Assembly (NCBI GenBank): GCA_964035545.1
Contig: OZ037771.1
Location: forward strand, 3,049,628-3,113,627
DNA: 64,000 bases
Direction: 5' to 3'
Source: Bugula neritina
Taxonomy: Eukaryota > Animalia > Bryozoa
The notes beneath the pieces were generated by a model that was given only the letters and a program-made list of their open reading frames with translations, ran no database searches and was not told where the DNA came from. Position 1 is the stretch's first letter. Each line of letters starts with the position of its first letter. The translations under genes were made by a program, and so were the position numbers. Positions 14,201 to 48,600 of the stretch are shown piece by piece.

Positions 14201-16067
14201 TAAGTATCACATTGCTAATAAATACAGCATTGTGTAATGTTTTATTTAATTTTTTTTGAGCCATTGGATCTATAGGCCCGCATAGTATTTACTATATTAT
14301 AACTAATAAATTGCAGACACATTATGTCAGACCAGTTTCCATTTAAATAGAATAGTGTAGGCTATCAAATTTGTAGAAGTAAAAAACCGCATTCATATTT
14401 AGTAAAATACTTGCCTTTTTTTTTCATGATGCCTCTACTGCTAAAAAGAGAAGTTTTTATCAATACAGCTCCATCAATCTGTATCCTGATGAAGCTAGTA
14501 GTTTAGGAACAATTGTGGGGGGGGGGGAGTGTAGGCTGAGCTGCAGTATAGGAAGAACCCCAACATATGTAATCTATTCAGCACATTATATGTATATTTA
14601 TTCAAAAAAGGATTTAGAAAATGCTTTATGAAGAGATGAACAAAGTAAAAATTAATGCTGGTGAAAGTAATATTATTACACCCATTAGAATTACTAGCAG
14701 CTATAGCATTAAAATTATGTATTTTCATAAAAATGTGTCTAATTTATGCTACAAAGTTATTACTGCCAAAGGTTACAAAATTTACCAGTCACATTCATGC
14801 AGCTGGCGGAGAATAACTAACTTTCACTTGCAATAAATATTATATAATATATTGATAATTATTGGAATCATAATTATATTTATTGTTATGATCATTATGA
14901 TTATAATTATTTAATATTATCTTTATGTTTGTATTTAAAGTTGTTCCTTAAATTAAAAGTTGTTTAAGTTTTATAAATTTATTATAATTATATTTCTGTA
15001 TAAGTATTAGTATAATTAAATTATTATAATTTATATTTTATTATTTATATTTATTTCACTTTTTATTTCAAGACCAGCAGTTCAAATTGAAATTAATACT
15101 TGTGTCGTTTGCTTTATATTATAACTTACAAGTATAACTATTAACATAATAATATTACATTTGCTATTAGTATTACTATGAATATAAATATTTATATTAA
15201 TATAGCTATCGGTATAACTTATAGTTATAGTTATACTTATAGTTATAACTAATATTATAACTATAAGTATAAGTTAAAGTATTAGTTTCGAAACTGATCC
15301 TGCTCCGTAACATTAACATACTGATACTGTCATATGATTATCATTATGACTAATAATAGTATTAATAAATATAACCATTGAATATTATTAATAATAGTTC
15401 ACCAATAGGCGATAGTCATAGACTTAGAGTGAGAGTCAATGTCATAGAAATAGAGTTAGACTAGTGACACTCATACTGATACTGTGATTCACTGATTTAG
15501 TTACAAATTTCAAAACTTGGTTTTACGTAGACAACTACTAACCTATAATTCATCACAAAACGGTTGAAAATCATCATTTACTGCATATTTAAGAGTAATT
15601 TTCTGGTAGTGTGGTCGACATGATAATTGAAATTAAAATAGGGAAAATAATTATTTTGTGATTTACAGCAAGTTACAAACTAGCGAAATGGAATAGTCCA
15701 TTTGAAAACAGTTAAATTAGTTACCTTTCTTGATGTTGCGTAGCTAACGTTAGTTATTAGTAGCCGCCCGAAGAGTAACATTCATGTGATTTGAGCTACG
15801 AATAACGAGAATCTGTGACAAACCCGCTTCTTAATAACTTTACGCGATATAAACTCACGCTACAATTGGGCTATTTTGCCATCCCCACGTCACGGAGGGC
15901 ACGCTCGCGGGCAAGTCTGGGCAAGTCTAAGACACCTAATATGACCACTTTTACTTACATTTTTGTAGTGTTTTCGTATAAGAAATTGGGTAAAATGCTG
16001 ATAAAACAGTTGAAAAGCATGCAAACTTTTGCTCAAATGTAATAAATAACCTGGAAGCTTACCGCCT
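11282..16067. mobile_element. Decayed Kolobok-like DNA transposon (~4.8 kb)
   Basis: TTAA at 11278-11281 and 16068-16071; imperfect 24-bp TIR (left ACATCGTAGGCATCCAGGTTATTT vs right reverse complement AGGCGGTAAGCTTCCAGGTTATTT, 18/24); contains a KolX/P2X7-ballast-like pseudogene; no intact transposase visible. Confidence 0.65.
13236..13835 (+). pseudogene. P2X7 C-terminal ballast domain / KolX-like pseudogene (spliced, with stops and frameshifts)
   Basis: Fragments NIPPIEEWCK*KKFQVQKAKEQSECCQSCEE, MKFVTDHPGV, RVLEVTYNSYLHHH, SYRVLIFWLFPNLHRRQRKPPSACLYN*VHA and QFAG follow the recalled WCxC..C / ECC / TxHPxF / VL..AY / YR...W / R.PLPxC / FP..YxGF motif order. Confidence 0.72.
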
Positions 16068-17449
16068 TTAAATCAAAACTAAAACCAAAAGAAATATAAT
16101 AATAAGTTAATTACACATGTAAATGTAAATCTAAATTAAAATTAAAATGTAATATTTTATATTTATATTGAATTTTACACTTAGGCCTATACTAATAGTT
16201 ATAGTAATACTAATAGTAATACTTAACTTATAGTTATAAGTTATACCTTACACTAGCAGTTGAGTTAGTGTTACATTTACTTTTAGGGACTTACTGTCTT
16301 ACTTTAATTTTAGGCTAAAACTAACAGTAACACTAACTCTAACTGTAAGTTTAGATTTAAGAGTAACAGTTTGAGTTTAACTTGAAGTTATTGTTAAACT
16401 AAAACTTAAAATTAAATCATTGATTTTCATTTTGAATGTCGACAACCGACAGCGTCAATGTAATCAGTTTCAGGATAAAAAATATGATTGACAATCGTGA
16501 GCAATAAAATCACTATCAATTAGCTTCTTGAGTAAACTTATTAATTTATCATCCATTCGTTGTGATAAAATTAGTCTTAGATGCAAAGCAGCATCACGAT
16601 GATTGTCATTGCAATGAGCAACGAAGAGCTTTGGTCTACAGGAAACTAGAATTTAACAATTGTGAAAAAGCGACTCGCGAAAACACTTTGATCTCTAATT
16701 TAATTTTCACAGAGAGAGATCATCAAATTGGCCAGTCGGTACTAGTTGGTTACTTAGCAACGTTGTAATGGCCACTTGAGCATTGTCACAAGAGACATAG
16801 AAGTAGATAATGAATCAAGGCTCTCCTTAAAAGTTTGACAAGGTAACCGTTATCAATCGTACACGACTCTTTTTTAACCTATTATAATTATTTTTTAAAA
16901 CGCTACCTAACTAAAAAATTATGTTTAATAATTTCCGTTGTTATATATATTTTTTTATTATTAGTACTAGTACTACTAGCACTGCCACTAGTATAACTAT
17001 AAGTATTCCTGTTAGTATACTATTAGTCAGGTAAACGGACACACTCAGTCACTGACCCTTGGTCAACAATAGCATCAGTATGAGTATGCGTTTCAGTAGC
17101 AATAGTCTAAAATTCAAAGCTGAAAGAAAAATTAGTTAAATCTTATTCTGATTCTAAAGAACTGCCCAATTATGATTGTCCATAAGAAGCTAGTCTACAA
17201 ATCAATATGAATATGGCAATGTAAATTACGGTGCTAAACTTCAAATTTTGATACAAATATAGCACACTAAGTATTGCTAATTAATGATTAAATTTGAGCT
17301 GTGTACTATACTGATGTTATTTATAATTTTATTTACAATATAAAATTAGTTTGAAGCTGCTTTAAGCTTATGTTGTTTCTTTCCATAGTGACAGACACAA
17401 AACTGTAGCTATTTATGAACAACAGCTATAACTGATTCTCTAAAAAAAG

Positions 17450-20246
17450 ATGGATACTGCTAGATCTCCCACGTCACCTCGAAAACCGCTTGCTCTTCCT
17501 TCAACTCACAAACCTATAGGGCTAGCAGAGCTTGAAGCACCATTGGACTATTCATTTTACAATATGACCTCTCTACAAGGTATAGCTTAAACAATAAGCT
17601 AATAATTAAAATGCGATACAATAAGTCTTTAATATATAATTATTAAACAGTTTTAATATTTGAATATATTATTATTACGTCAGCCAATACCTAGTATCTT
17701 TCGTTACTGTCTAACTATTTTAAGACGACTATAATAAATAATTTTTAGTGATTAGTGTTCAAAATAGTAAATTAGAAATTTATTATCAAAGTAGAAGATG
17801 TTCTTCTTGCTGATGGTTTACTTTGGCTTCTGCTTATTCTTATAATACATATTGTTGTGTCTCTTCACATAGATGTGATATATTGGGAACCTCGTCAAGG
17901 GTTTTTGCCTCCAAAAAGACTTTACGTAGAAGAAGGTTACACACGTTGCTAGTGCTTAATTTTTGCCATTGTTTCCTAGTGACCCTGCTTACATATAGTG
18001 ATCTTATTTTTACAGCTTGTACTTTGTTTCCTCTGTTATTTGTTCCATGTTGAGTTTATGATTTCAATATTGCCAGTTGTTGGGAAATTATAGGTCTCAC
18101 GCATTAGAATTTCAATGCTAAAACCAAGCACAGTTTTATACAACTATTGATATTATTAGTGAATATGATGTGCACGCTGTCTTCCCAAGTATGCTAGTAG
18201 CCATCCTGAGTATGCTAAGTGTTATATGTTACCCCAAAAAGTAGTTAGAGCCCCATAGGTGACTCTAATTTAGATCATTTCAATGTTAAAGTGAGTTGAA
18301 CTATTGTTTTTTTTCTCTATACTTATTTTGTGTCTAAGATATTGTATATATGTTATCTGTTATTCATTTTCTGAACCTTCAATTGGTATAAAATACAATG
18401 AACATTGTTGCAACTGTTTGGTGGTAGTTTTCTACATGGTTGATGTGAATTTTTAATTTTCTTCTATTGCCTTCTTTTCTCAAGTTTAGGTGGCATAATT
18501 TATAGCTTCTTTCTCATGTATTACACAGTTAAAATCAGTGTATTGTGCATTGCAGAAGTATCGGACAATGAAGCTCGAGTTGGTGCAAAGGCAGCCAATC
18601 CAATTCTTCCTAAAAAATCTCCATCAACCCATCAAAAACTCTCTAAAAGCAAATGCCTCAAGGTTTGTTTATGTCAGCAAGGAGTAGTTCTTAGAAAATG
18701 TTCAACTGTTGGATATGCAAACAGTTTAGCTGAGCACAATGATTGCGTGCTTGTAGTTGACAGTTATAATGTCTGTGTGCTTGTAGTTGAACAACAACTG
18801 CCTCTCTGAGATAGGAGACATAAAAGAAGTTGCATCGGGATTATTCGAAGATGTAGACAGCGTTGCCTGGCTAGATCTTTCCTTCAATGAACTCACTAAA
18901 GTGGACGATGTAAGCACATGTTACGAAAAAATATTCTTTAAAACTAGCTTTTCATGATTGAGTTGCAATCTGAAAGGCCTTTTTGAAGCTAAACAACTGG
19001 AAAACTTTTTGAAATAGCCTGAAATCGAATGATGAATTTCAGCATAAAAAGCTATCTTTCCTTGAATTAAAACCAGAAATTAAAATTATAGCTAAACAAA
19101 CACCTGTAAGATAATATATAGAGTTTAGAACAAATGTTCAATTAAATTTGACTTGACTGGCCCTATTTATACACCAGCAAGCTACACAAAATGTTGAAAT
19201 TATCGGATATCGGTCCTTTGTTTATTGTCTCACAACAAGATCTCAGAGCCATCTTAAAAATCCCACTATAAACTATTGTAAATAAATCCTGTGTCCAAAT
19301 GCAACTGTGGCTGTATTTTCAATGTCACTTTTAATGCCAACTGCAAATTCGAATCACCAAGTTTGTTAAATTACCAACTATTGACTGTTTAAGTTACCAC
19401 AATGTGTCATCTTACAGGTAAAAGAGTTCAATAACCACTAAATTTTAACACTTACTTTTCACAAAGCATTTAATTTGTTATCTGATGTTATAGATATTGC
19501 TGCAGTTTCCAAACCTGCAGATTCTATATCTCCATGGTAACCAGTTTTCAAACATGGCAGAGATAGAAAAGTTAGCAAAGATTCCCACTTTGAAGAAGCT
19601 CTCACTTCATGGCAATCCTATTGAAAATGAAAAGGCAAGGACAGCAGAAACATTTTTCCAGTTCTGTTCATTATTGAAATTTGGTCGGACTAATTTCGGG
19701 GTGAAAAATATCCATTAGGCAAATCTTTATCATTTAACATTTAAGGATTCCAAACAAATAATTTTAAATGCACAATATTTGTTTAAAAGTCTCAGTAAAT
19801 GTGGCACAATGAGCTATTAGTATATTTTCTTCAAAAGCACCAACATAATTACAGCTGTATAATTATGCAGTTTCTCTAAAGGGCAATACTACACGTGAAC
19901 TCTATGTCTGACAATGTTATCTTTACTCTTCAGAAAACACTAGCAACCAATAAATCTGATACATATATGTAATTTTTCTTCCAAGAAGAGTGAAATATAT
20001 TGTGAAAAATTTGTAAATACTTGAAGTTTATCTAAAATTAGCTCGTGGTAATAGTTTGTTAATCAAATTATTTGCCATGTCTTTCTCCAGGGATACAAAT
20101 ATATCGTGATGTCAATGCTGCCTGGAATTCAGACGTTAGATTTCAGTCGCATAACTAAAGCTGATCGAAGGACTGCAGCAACACTCGAAGGAATGAATAA
20201 AAACCTGAAGAAACGTCGAGGTAAGCCAAAGACGGAAGAGGAATGA
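17450..20246 (+). CDS. LRRC51: Leucine-rich repeat-containing protein 51; exons 17450-17579, 17873-17935, 18556-18662, 18787-18909, 19494-19634, 20091-20246
   Basis: EAPLDYSF, EPRQG, LNNNCL, AWLDLSFNELTKVD, ILYLHGN, LSLHGNPIENEK|GYKY, TLDFSRITKADR match the LRRC51 motif order; intron 19635-20090 is GC-AG; likely 5' UTR exon ending ~16843. Confidence 0.93.
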
Positions 20247-20991
20247 GAAGCCTAAGTTACTTGGTAGAAGTCATTTTGAAAAACAACTAAGTCATGGGAA
20301 ACCGTTGGCATGGCTGTAATATATATATTATAATAAAAATTTTAAAATGCTTTCATAAGCTCAAAGTAGAACGTAATTTTTATTAATACAAATAAAGTTT
20401 CTATCATCACTAGAGATTCTTATATTTTATAATTGCATGATAGTATAAAAGCGAATTAGGCCTATGAACTAAAAATATTTATTATTGTACATATTGCTAA
20501 TGAAATAATTATACCAATTTCAATCTATTTTTATATTATGTAATTGCTTTGAGTAGATCTACTGGCCTTACAAATGTAGTACGTTTCGTGTTTTCTATGA
20601 TATTTTGACAATAAATGTACAATAAATTATCCATACAGGTATTTTAAATAATTGAAAAAATATGCAATATGAAAATAAATGTATTTGGATGGAAAGCACA
20701 AAAAGGGTGCATTGAACTGCGTAAACTCGAGCAAAGACAACAAATTCAATGATTCCCCAAAAAATTAGGAAAATTTTGCTATAAGTACATACAATAAATG
20801 TCCTAACTTACATTGTATGTCAAACAATGACCTTCATTAAACTATATTACAACATGACTTGACTAGCAATGCTGTTATGTCATTCAATATAAATATGATT
20901 AGATATGAGAACATTTTAAATACTGACTAGCACCTGCTGGTGACACTGTAATGCCATGACCTGACACCCATAACTATACTGTGAGTCACAG

Positions 20992-21183
20992 CTTGACATC
21001 TGTCAATCACCTGCACATTTATAAGCTGACACCTGTCAGTCACCTGTATATCTATAGGCTGACATCTATCAAGCATCATTATATGTATGGGTTGACACCT
21101 GTCAGGCACCTTCATATCTATAGGCTGACATCTGCAACTCACTTGTATATCTATGGGTTGACACCTGCCAGTCATTTGTATAT

Positions 21184-21200
<17 letters not shown>
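20992..21200 (-). repeat. 33-bp minisatellite x6 whose first unit contains the last HELQ codons and the stop codon
   Basis: Minus-strand units CAGATGTCAGCCCATAAATATAC..., CAGGTGTCAACCCATAGATATAC...; 33-bp spacing (21191, 21158, 21125). Confidence 0.88.
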
Positions 21201-42679
<21,479 letters not shown>

Positions 42680-42869
42680 CTTGCTAGTAACAGTAATAAG
42701 CAAATTAATATTTATGACGGTACTGGTAATAGCAATAAAAAGCACGAAAACAATTAGCATAAGTCTACTAATTACAAATATAAAATAATTATAATTACAA
42801 TAATACTGACAGTTGTAATCAATAAACCATAGTTACTAATTTGTTATATTTATATTATATTATTAATAT

Positions 42870-43200
42870 ACTGTATATAATATTTATATTAATGACATCA
42901 ATGATAATGAACATCACATTATGATTATCATTATGATTATGATGATGATCATCATAATCATCATCCCGATCATGATGATGATGCATTGATGATTGATGGT
43001 GATGGTTAATATTAGTATTGACAATATCATATTCATTATCATTATGGTTATCAATATGATAATCGAAAAGTAAAACTAAATTATAATCATAATGAAAATG
43101 AATATCAATATGAATATCATCATAACGATAATCATTATGATTATTAATATTAATTATTATGATCATGATGATGATCATGATGATTATGATACCAAAGTTT
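42870..43200. repeat. Degenerate (ATC/ATG/ATA)n low-complexity tract upstream of HELQ
   Basis: 3/6-bp periodic sequence giving the spurious His/Asp/Ile ORFs. Confidence 0.85.
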
Positions 43201-45428
43201 TGAATTTTATTTATTATTTTGATGTGTTCAAACTCAAAGTTACAGTGACTTTACCTTTACATGAAGCAAACACAATAATTTTGACTATAGCAATCATCAT
43301 ATCCTCACAGTAAATAAGTAATACTTTCAGTTATACTCTTCACATGAATAGTATTACTATCACTATTAGTATTCATATTTTGTGCAAATGCTTAGTGTAA
43401 ATTGATATCTTGTAGCTGTCTAATATTGTAGGCATAAGGACAAGGTAACACTTCATTGTACGAATATTCGTAGCACATGTACATTCGCTAAAATAAAGAA
43501 AAAGCAACTCCTGCAATGCTTAGAAAGACCCTTGCGGTATGTTGTATAATATAGTATATTTGAATAATTCCCTTTTTCAATAGGAATAGTTTTATTAGAA
43601 TTTTCACTACTAAGGGTTATATAGAGTTTGTTGTTGCTAAGAAACAACAACACAAAAGGAAGTATTATGTAATCTATTAAAAATAAAATTTTGAAGTTAA
43701 AAATCCGATGCATGATTGCCATAATAGATTATTGACTCTGCCCCATCAAAAGACTATGCATGTCTCATGTTGCATTGGGATTTTCACAGCATCCGAGATT
43801 GAAGCATCACAACAATTTCTTGGTAATAACATTGATACAAATTTTTTGCAGCACTGGCCTTCAAAAATAACATAAGTTCCAATTTGATCATAAACTATGT
43901 ATGTTTTTGTGTTTAATCCCTTATTTTGCTTCATATACATCTACACATATAAAAATATATCTCATGTTACCTGTTTAAATGTAAATTTGGTATGTTTCTA
44001 TGTTATAATTAAACAATGTCTAAATTTACTCAATTAAGTATATATATATCAACGTTGATACCTAGTCCCATTAATAAGAATTGAGAGCTATAAACAAAAT
44101 CGAGGACTCTCGACGAAACGAAAAAATTTTGCAAAGAAAGGTAGTGTAATAATGCTATATCAGGAATTAATAAAATGTAAGCGACAATTTAGCTGATGAT
44201 GTAGTGAAGGTGCATTTTAGAAAAAGTTATGCTGCATAGTTATGTCTAATTACTATGTTAAGTTATGTAATAGAAGTAAAAATATCCATCTTTAAAATAT
44301 TTGCGCATACTTCAGAAGGTGTTGTTTATATAAGGAAACAGTATGTTAGAGCATGAATATAAATGTTGTTTTATAAATGTAGGTGACTTGTAATAATAAA
44401 CCCTGTGACCCTTAAGTACCAGTCTATTAAAGCAGTGCATTTCTCAACGTATTTAAATGTAGCCTATAAATAAAAAGACCTGTTTCTTTAAAAACTATGA
44501 TATTAAATCAATAGAATGAATGGATCTGTGAACAATGGTATTTGTTGACTTAGGGCTCATTAAACACAAGTCATTATAATGATTACCCTTTTATATAAAG
44601 CAATTTATATGCATTCCCATTGCACAGAAATCTCAATTGCATAATGTGATGGACATTACTCCTAAGCACTGATCTTCAATGTATACTCTAATGACACTGG
44701 ATACAGCAACAGGGTGAGTGCATTGTGTACAGACTATAGATACTCCAGCAAATAATCTTTGAATATCGCCGTGACATATATGTTAAATATACTTGTGGTT
44801 TAAGACTTTTTATACAAATTTATAGTTATATAGCTAGTACTGTAAAAAACTTTTAATACATCTTTAAATGATTTAAGCAAAGTTTAATAAGAGAAAGATT
44901 GTATACCAATCATGTAAGTATTAATAACAAATTCTGTTTTATACCTATGCAGTTATATATTTAATTTACAAGTTGTATGCCTATACATTGTTTTTTTATT
45001 AAACTTAAATAAATTAAAATATGTAAAAAATTAAATTATATAATGCATTTCATATAGTTTACCCAGCATTAGGCATATGATCAAGATATTTGAATTATAT
45101 ATATATATATAATGCAGTTATGTTGTGTTATACAATTATACAACATTATACACTGTTGCATTGTAGTGCTATCTTATTATGTGCATCTCGAAATATGCAG
45201 GGCTATATAATATTTCATTATAACAATATAAAATATTCTACTAATGCAATCTATTTTATCAATATTTGAAGTTATATCCAATAAATATATAATGCTATCA
45301 TATAAGGCATAACATAGTACATTTACATTATTGTTAGTAAGTATGTATCACCATTATAACTACATTGCGACAAAAATTTTGTTGATACAGTTATCGATAA
45401 AAACTAATTTACTTAAGCTATGCATTAA

Positions 45429-45475
<47 letters not shown>

Positions 45476-45635
45476 TGATATATAAACAAGTGGACAATAT
45501 TACTTTATCGGTAAGGGTGTAGCATGTAGCTGCATGTGAGTGCAGGTATAAATTCCTATCCCAATATTGATCTATTTATATTTGATTTATGACAGGAGCG
45601 CTAGTGGTGAGGTTGAAAGTCAATTGATATAAAAC

Positions 45636-48600
45636 ATGCAGAATGTATTGATTCCACTTTATTGGGGTGAGTATAGAGCACCTGAACAATAGTGTCAAAC
45701 CAGCAGTGCGTGTCATTCATGGCATTCTCTGCAAGGTGATCTCATTGTTTATATACCCATAGAGCATGCATCATGATTATATAATGTAAATTACCTTCCT
45801 GTATAAGAAGGTTCCCACAGTTTCCATTTTTACTCAAAAACAATTCAAACATTTAGGTTATAGTGAGAAATGTGAGAAAATAGCAGTTAAGGCCTATACT
45901 AACTAAGTTTAAATTCTATAACTGCTTGTATTGATATCAATAAGGACAACATAGATGAATATCTATGACGAAGAAATATCTTTAAAAAAAATTGATAGAC
46001 TAAATTAAATTTCACGAAGCTCTTATTTTGAGCTTTTAATTGGAAGTTAAAATTAAAAATACTAATTTTTTCATTTATGTTTACATAATTTAGCGAAACA
46101 TATTAGTAAGCAAAATGACCAACTATTCATAGTAGACAAGTGTTTGCTGCTTATAATTTACAAATATAGCTAAAATACAGTGCTCAGTAATTCCTAGTGC
46201 ATTCTTAAATTAATATTTTTAATTCTGGTACTGTCACTAGGTTAGCCTAGGGCCACACGGCGCGTATTTTCGCATGCGAAAATTGAAATCACAAGTAGCA
46301 AAGGTGTCCACTGTAGCGTCAGTGATGCGTGATAAATAAAACTTTCATTTTTAAATCGCACTCGCTTTCAATAAAACGCAATTTACTGGAATGTAGCACT
46401 AAAATAAAGAAGTTGGGCTCGCTGAATAACTATCAGCCAATTAGGTGACGACGACAGAGACGATTCGCACTTGCGTTGAGAATGCAGAGCGACAAGTGCG
46501 AAGGTTTCTCAACGCGCACAGTGGACACCTTTGCTACTTGTGATTTCAATTTTCGCATGCGAAAATACGCACCGTGTGGCCCTAGGCTTATTCAGTAAAA
46601 TTTAGTTGAATTAAAAGACTTACTTATTTTTAGAAATCACTTCATTGCATAATGATTAAGTACGCAGTGCAAATATTGCAGCTATTCTCTCAACCTGTCT
46701 TGGAATTATCTCAAAACTCTAGCAGTATTTCTTCTCAGACACACTTATTAAAACCCTGTTGCAGGTTTGATTTTACAAGCATTGTTAAAGCAAGGGGAGG
46801 CAAACCCTGATGCCAAGAGGTTGTTCCAGGACTTATTGATAAAGAATAACTACAACAAGTTGATTCGGCCAGTAGCCAACAATAATGACACTCTGACAGT
46901 GAAGTTGGGTTTGAGGTTGTCTCAGCTAATAGGCATTGTGAGTAGCAGGTTTACGTACTTTTCTTAATTTGTAAATTGCATGAGTTATATTATGTAATAT
47001 CAGTCATGTTTTTGTAATGCAATTTGACATTGAATTATGTTTATAATACTACTTGGAAAGATTTTGAGTAAAATTGCAATGAAAGTTATTAATACATAAT
47101 AATAATTATATATTTAATAGTTATATAAAATATTATACTTTCTTGAATTATTGTGCATATAGCATAAATGGTATTTATAATAAAGCCTAGCTAACATATT
47201 CTAACTATATTTTACTACATAAGTGAAGTTTTCAACACAAATTGCCATGCACTATTATATAAGCTATAACTATATATTTTCTATTCTGATATATAGCTGG
47301 ATCGAGCAGTAAACAGGGTTCAGCACAATTAGTTTTGTTTTTTAATGTCATTTTTTCACTCTAGGATGAGAAAAACCAAATTATGACAACCAACGTATGG
47401 CTGAGCCAGGTGAGGAAATATTTCTGTCTTTTCCAGTTTATACTCACATGAATGATTATTATAAAGCACACAAAGCCACTAATATAATACAGCTGTACTT
47501 GTACAAACAATAATATATTGAGTTGAGCATATTGTAGTATATAATATATAGTATATACAAGTATACCTACTATTCTAAAAGAGTACATGTAACTTTATAC
47601 ACAAAATACACATATGCCTGCACCACCTTTAGATTTTAGTTATACCCCTGAAGGCTGAGCATATTGTTAATTACATTAGTCAGCCATTGTATAAATCTCC
47701 TCCCTAACCTTAAAAGAATGGGAAGATTTGAATCTGAAATGGGACCCAGCAGAATATGGTAATGTGCAAGTATTGTATGTCCCTTCAGAAGATATTTGGC
47801 TTCCTGATATAGTATTATATAATAAGTGAGTTTGATCTTAGCACCCCACATTTCAGTTTCAACATATATTTGAAGCAGTGAAGCCTTAACCATCACCACC
47901 GTGTAGATTGTGAGTGTCGGTTTGAAAACAATTTTCTTAAAGTTTTGAACAAACTTTTACATTATTAGAAGACGATATATTTTTATGCTTGCAATAATTA
48001 TTATACACCTGAAGCTATTTGTATTTCTGGGTGTTTATCTTGCACTCCCGCACACATTCAGTTGCAAATCATGCTTATTGTTAGGAGTGGGAAGATTTTC
48101 ATTTTATTTGGGACCCTAAAGATTACGGAGGTGTTGATTTGTTATATGTTCCATCGGAAGATGTTTGGACACCTGATATTGTCCTTTACAACAAGTAAGA
48201 GTTATGTGCACTTGTCCTTGGAATACTTTGTGAAGCAACAGCATGTTATTCTTTTCTTTCATGTGTATATACTAGAGATGATCTATGAACTTTAACCCTT
48301 TGGTGTATACAGGTTAAGCTAAGAAGTAAAAATTAATCGAAGCCTGTGTTCTAAATAAAAAAAATATAATAAAATAGATTATGCTCTCCCAAGAATTGCA
48401 GCTTACATTCTACATTTAAGAAGCTTAGACTATTGAAATTTTTGACTACGAACACCTAATTGCAGTCAGCAGTTAATTTTTTATTTGCATGTTGCAGTAA
48501 GATTTTGGTTTTGTTGGCCTAATTTTGAATAACTTTAGTAAATTCTTGAGTTGAGAAAAACATTTTCAACAATGTCAGCCCAAGTTAAGGTTATTAATTT

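Noticed and set aside
13930-15800. Intact Kolobok/THAP transposase on the minus strand
   Set aside because: Only short exon-like fragments with stops; no DDE core recognisable
42855-43313. His/Asp-rich ORFs resembling metal-binding proteins
   Set aside because: Degenerate trinucleotide tract with no splice or homology support
47690-47716. U12-type intron as the explanation for the AA acceptor
   Set aside because: The branch region is U12-like, but the upstream donor is GTGAGG, not RTATCCTT
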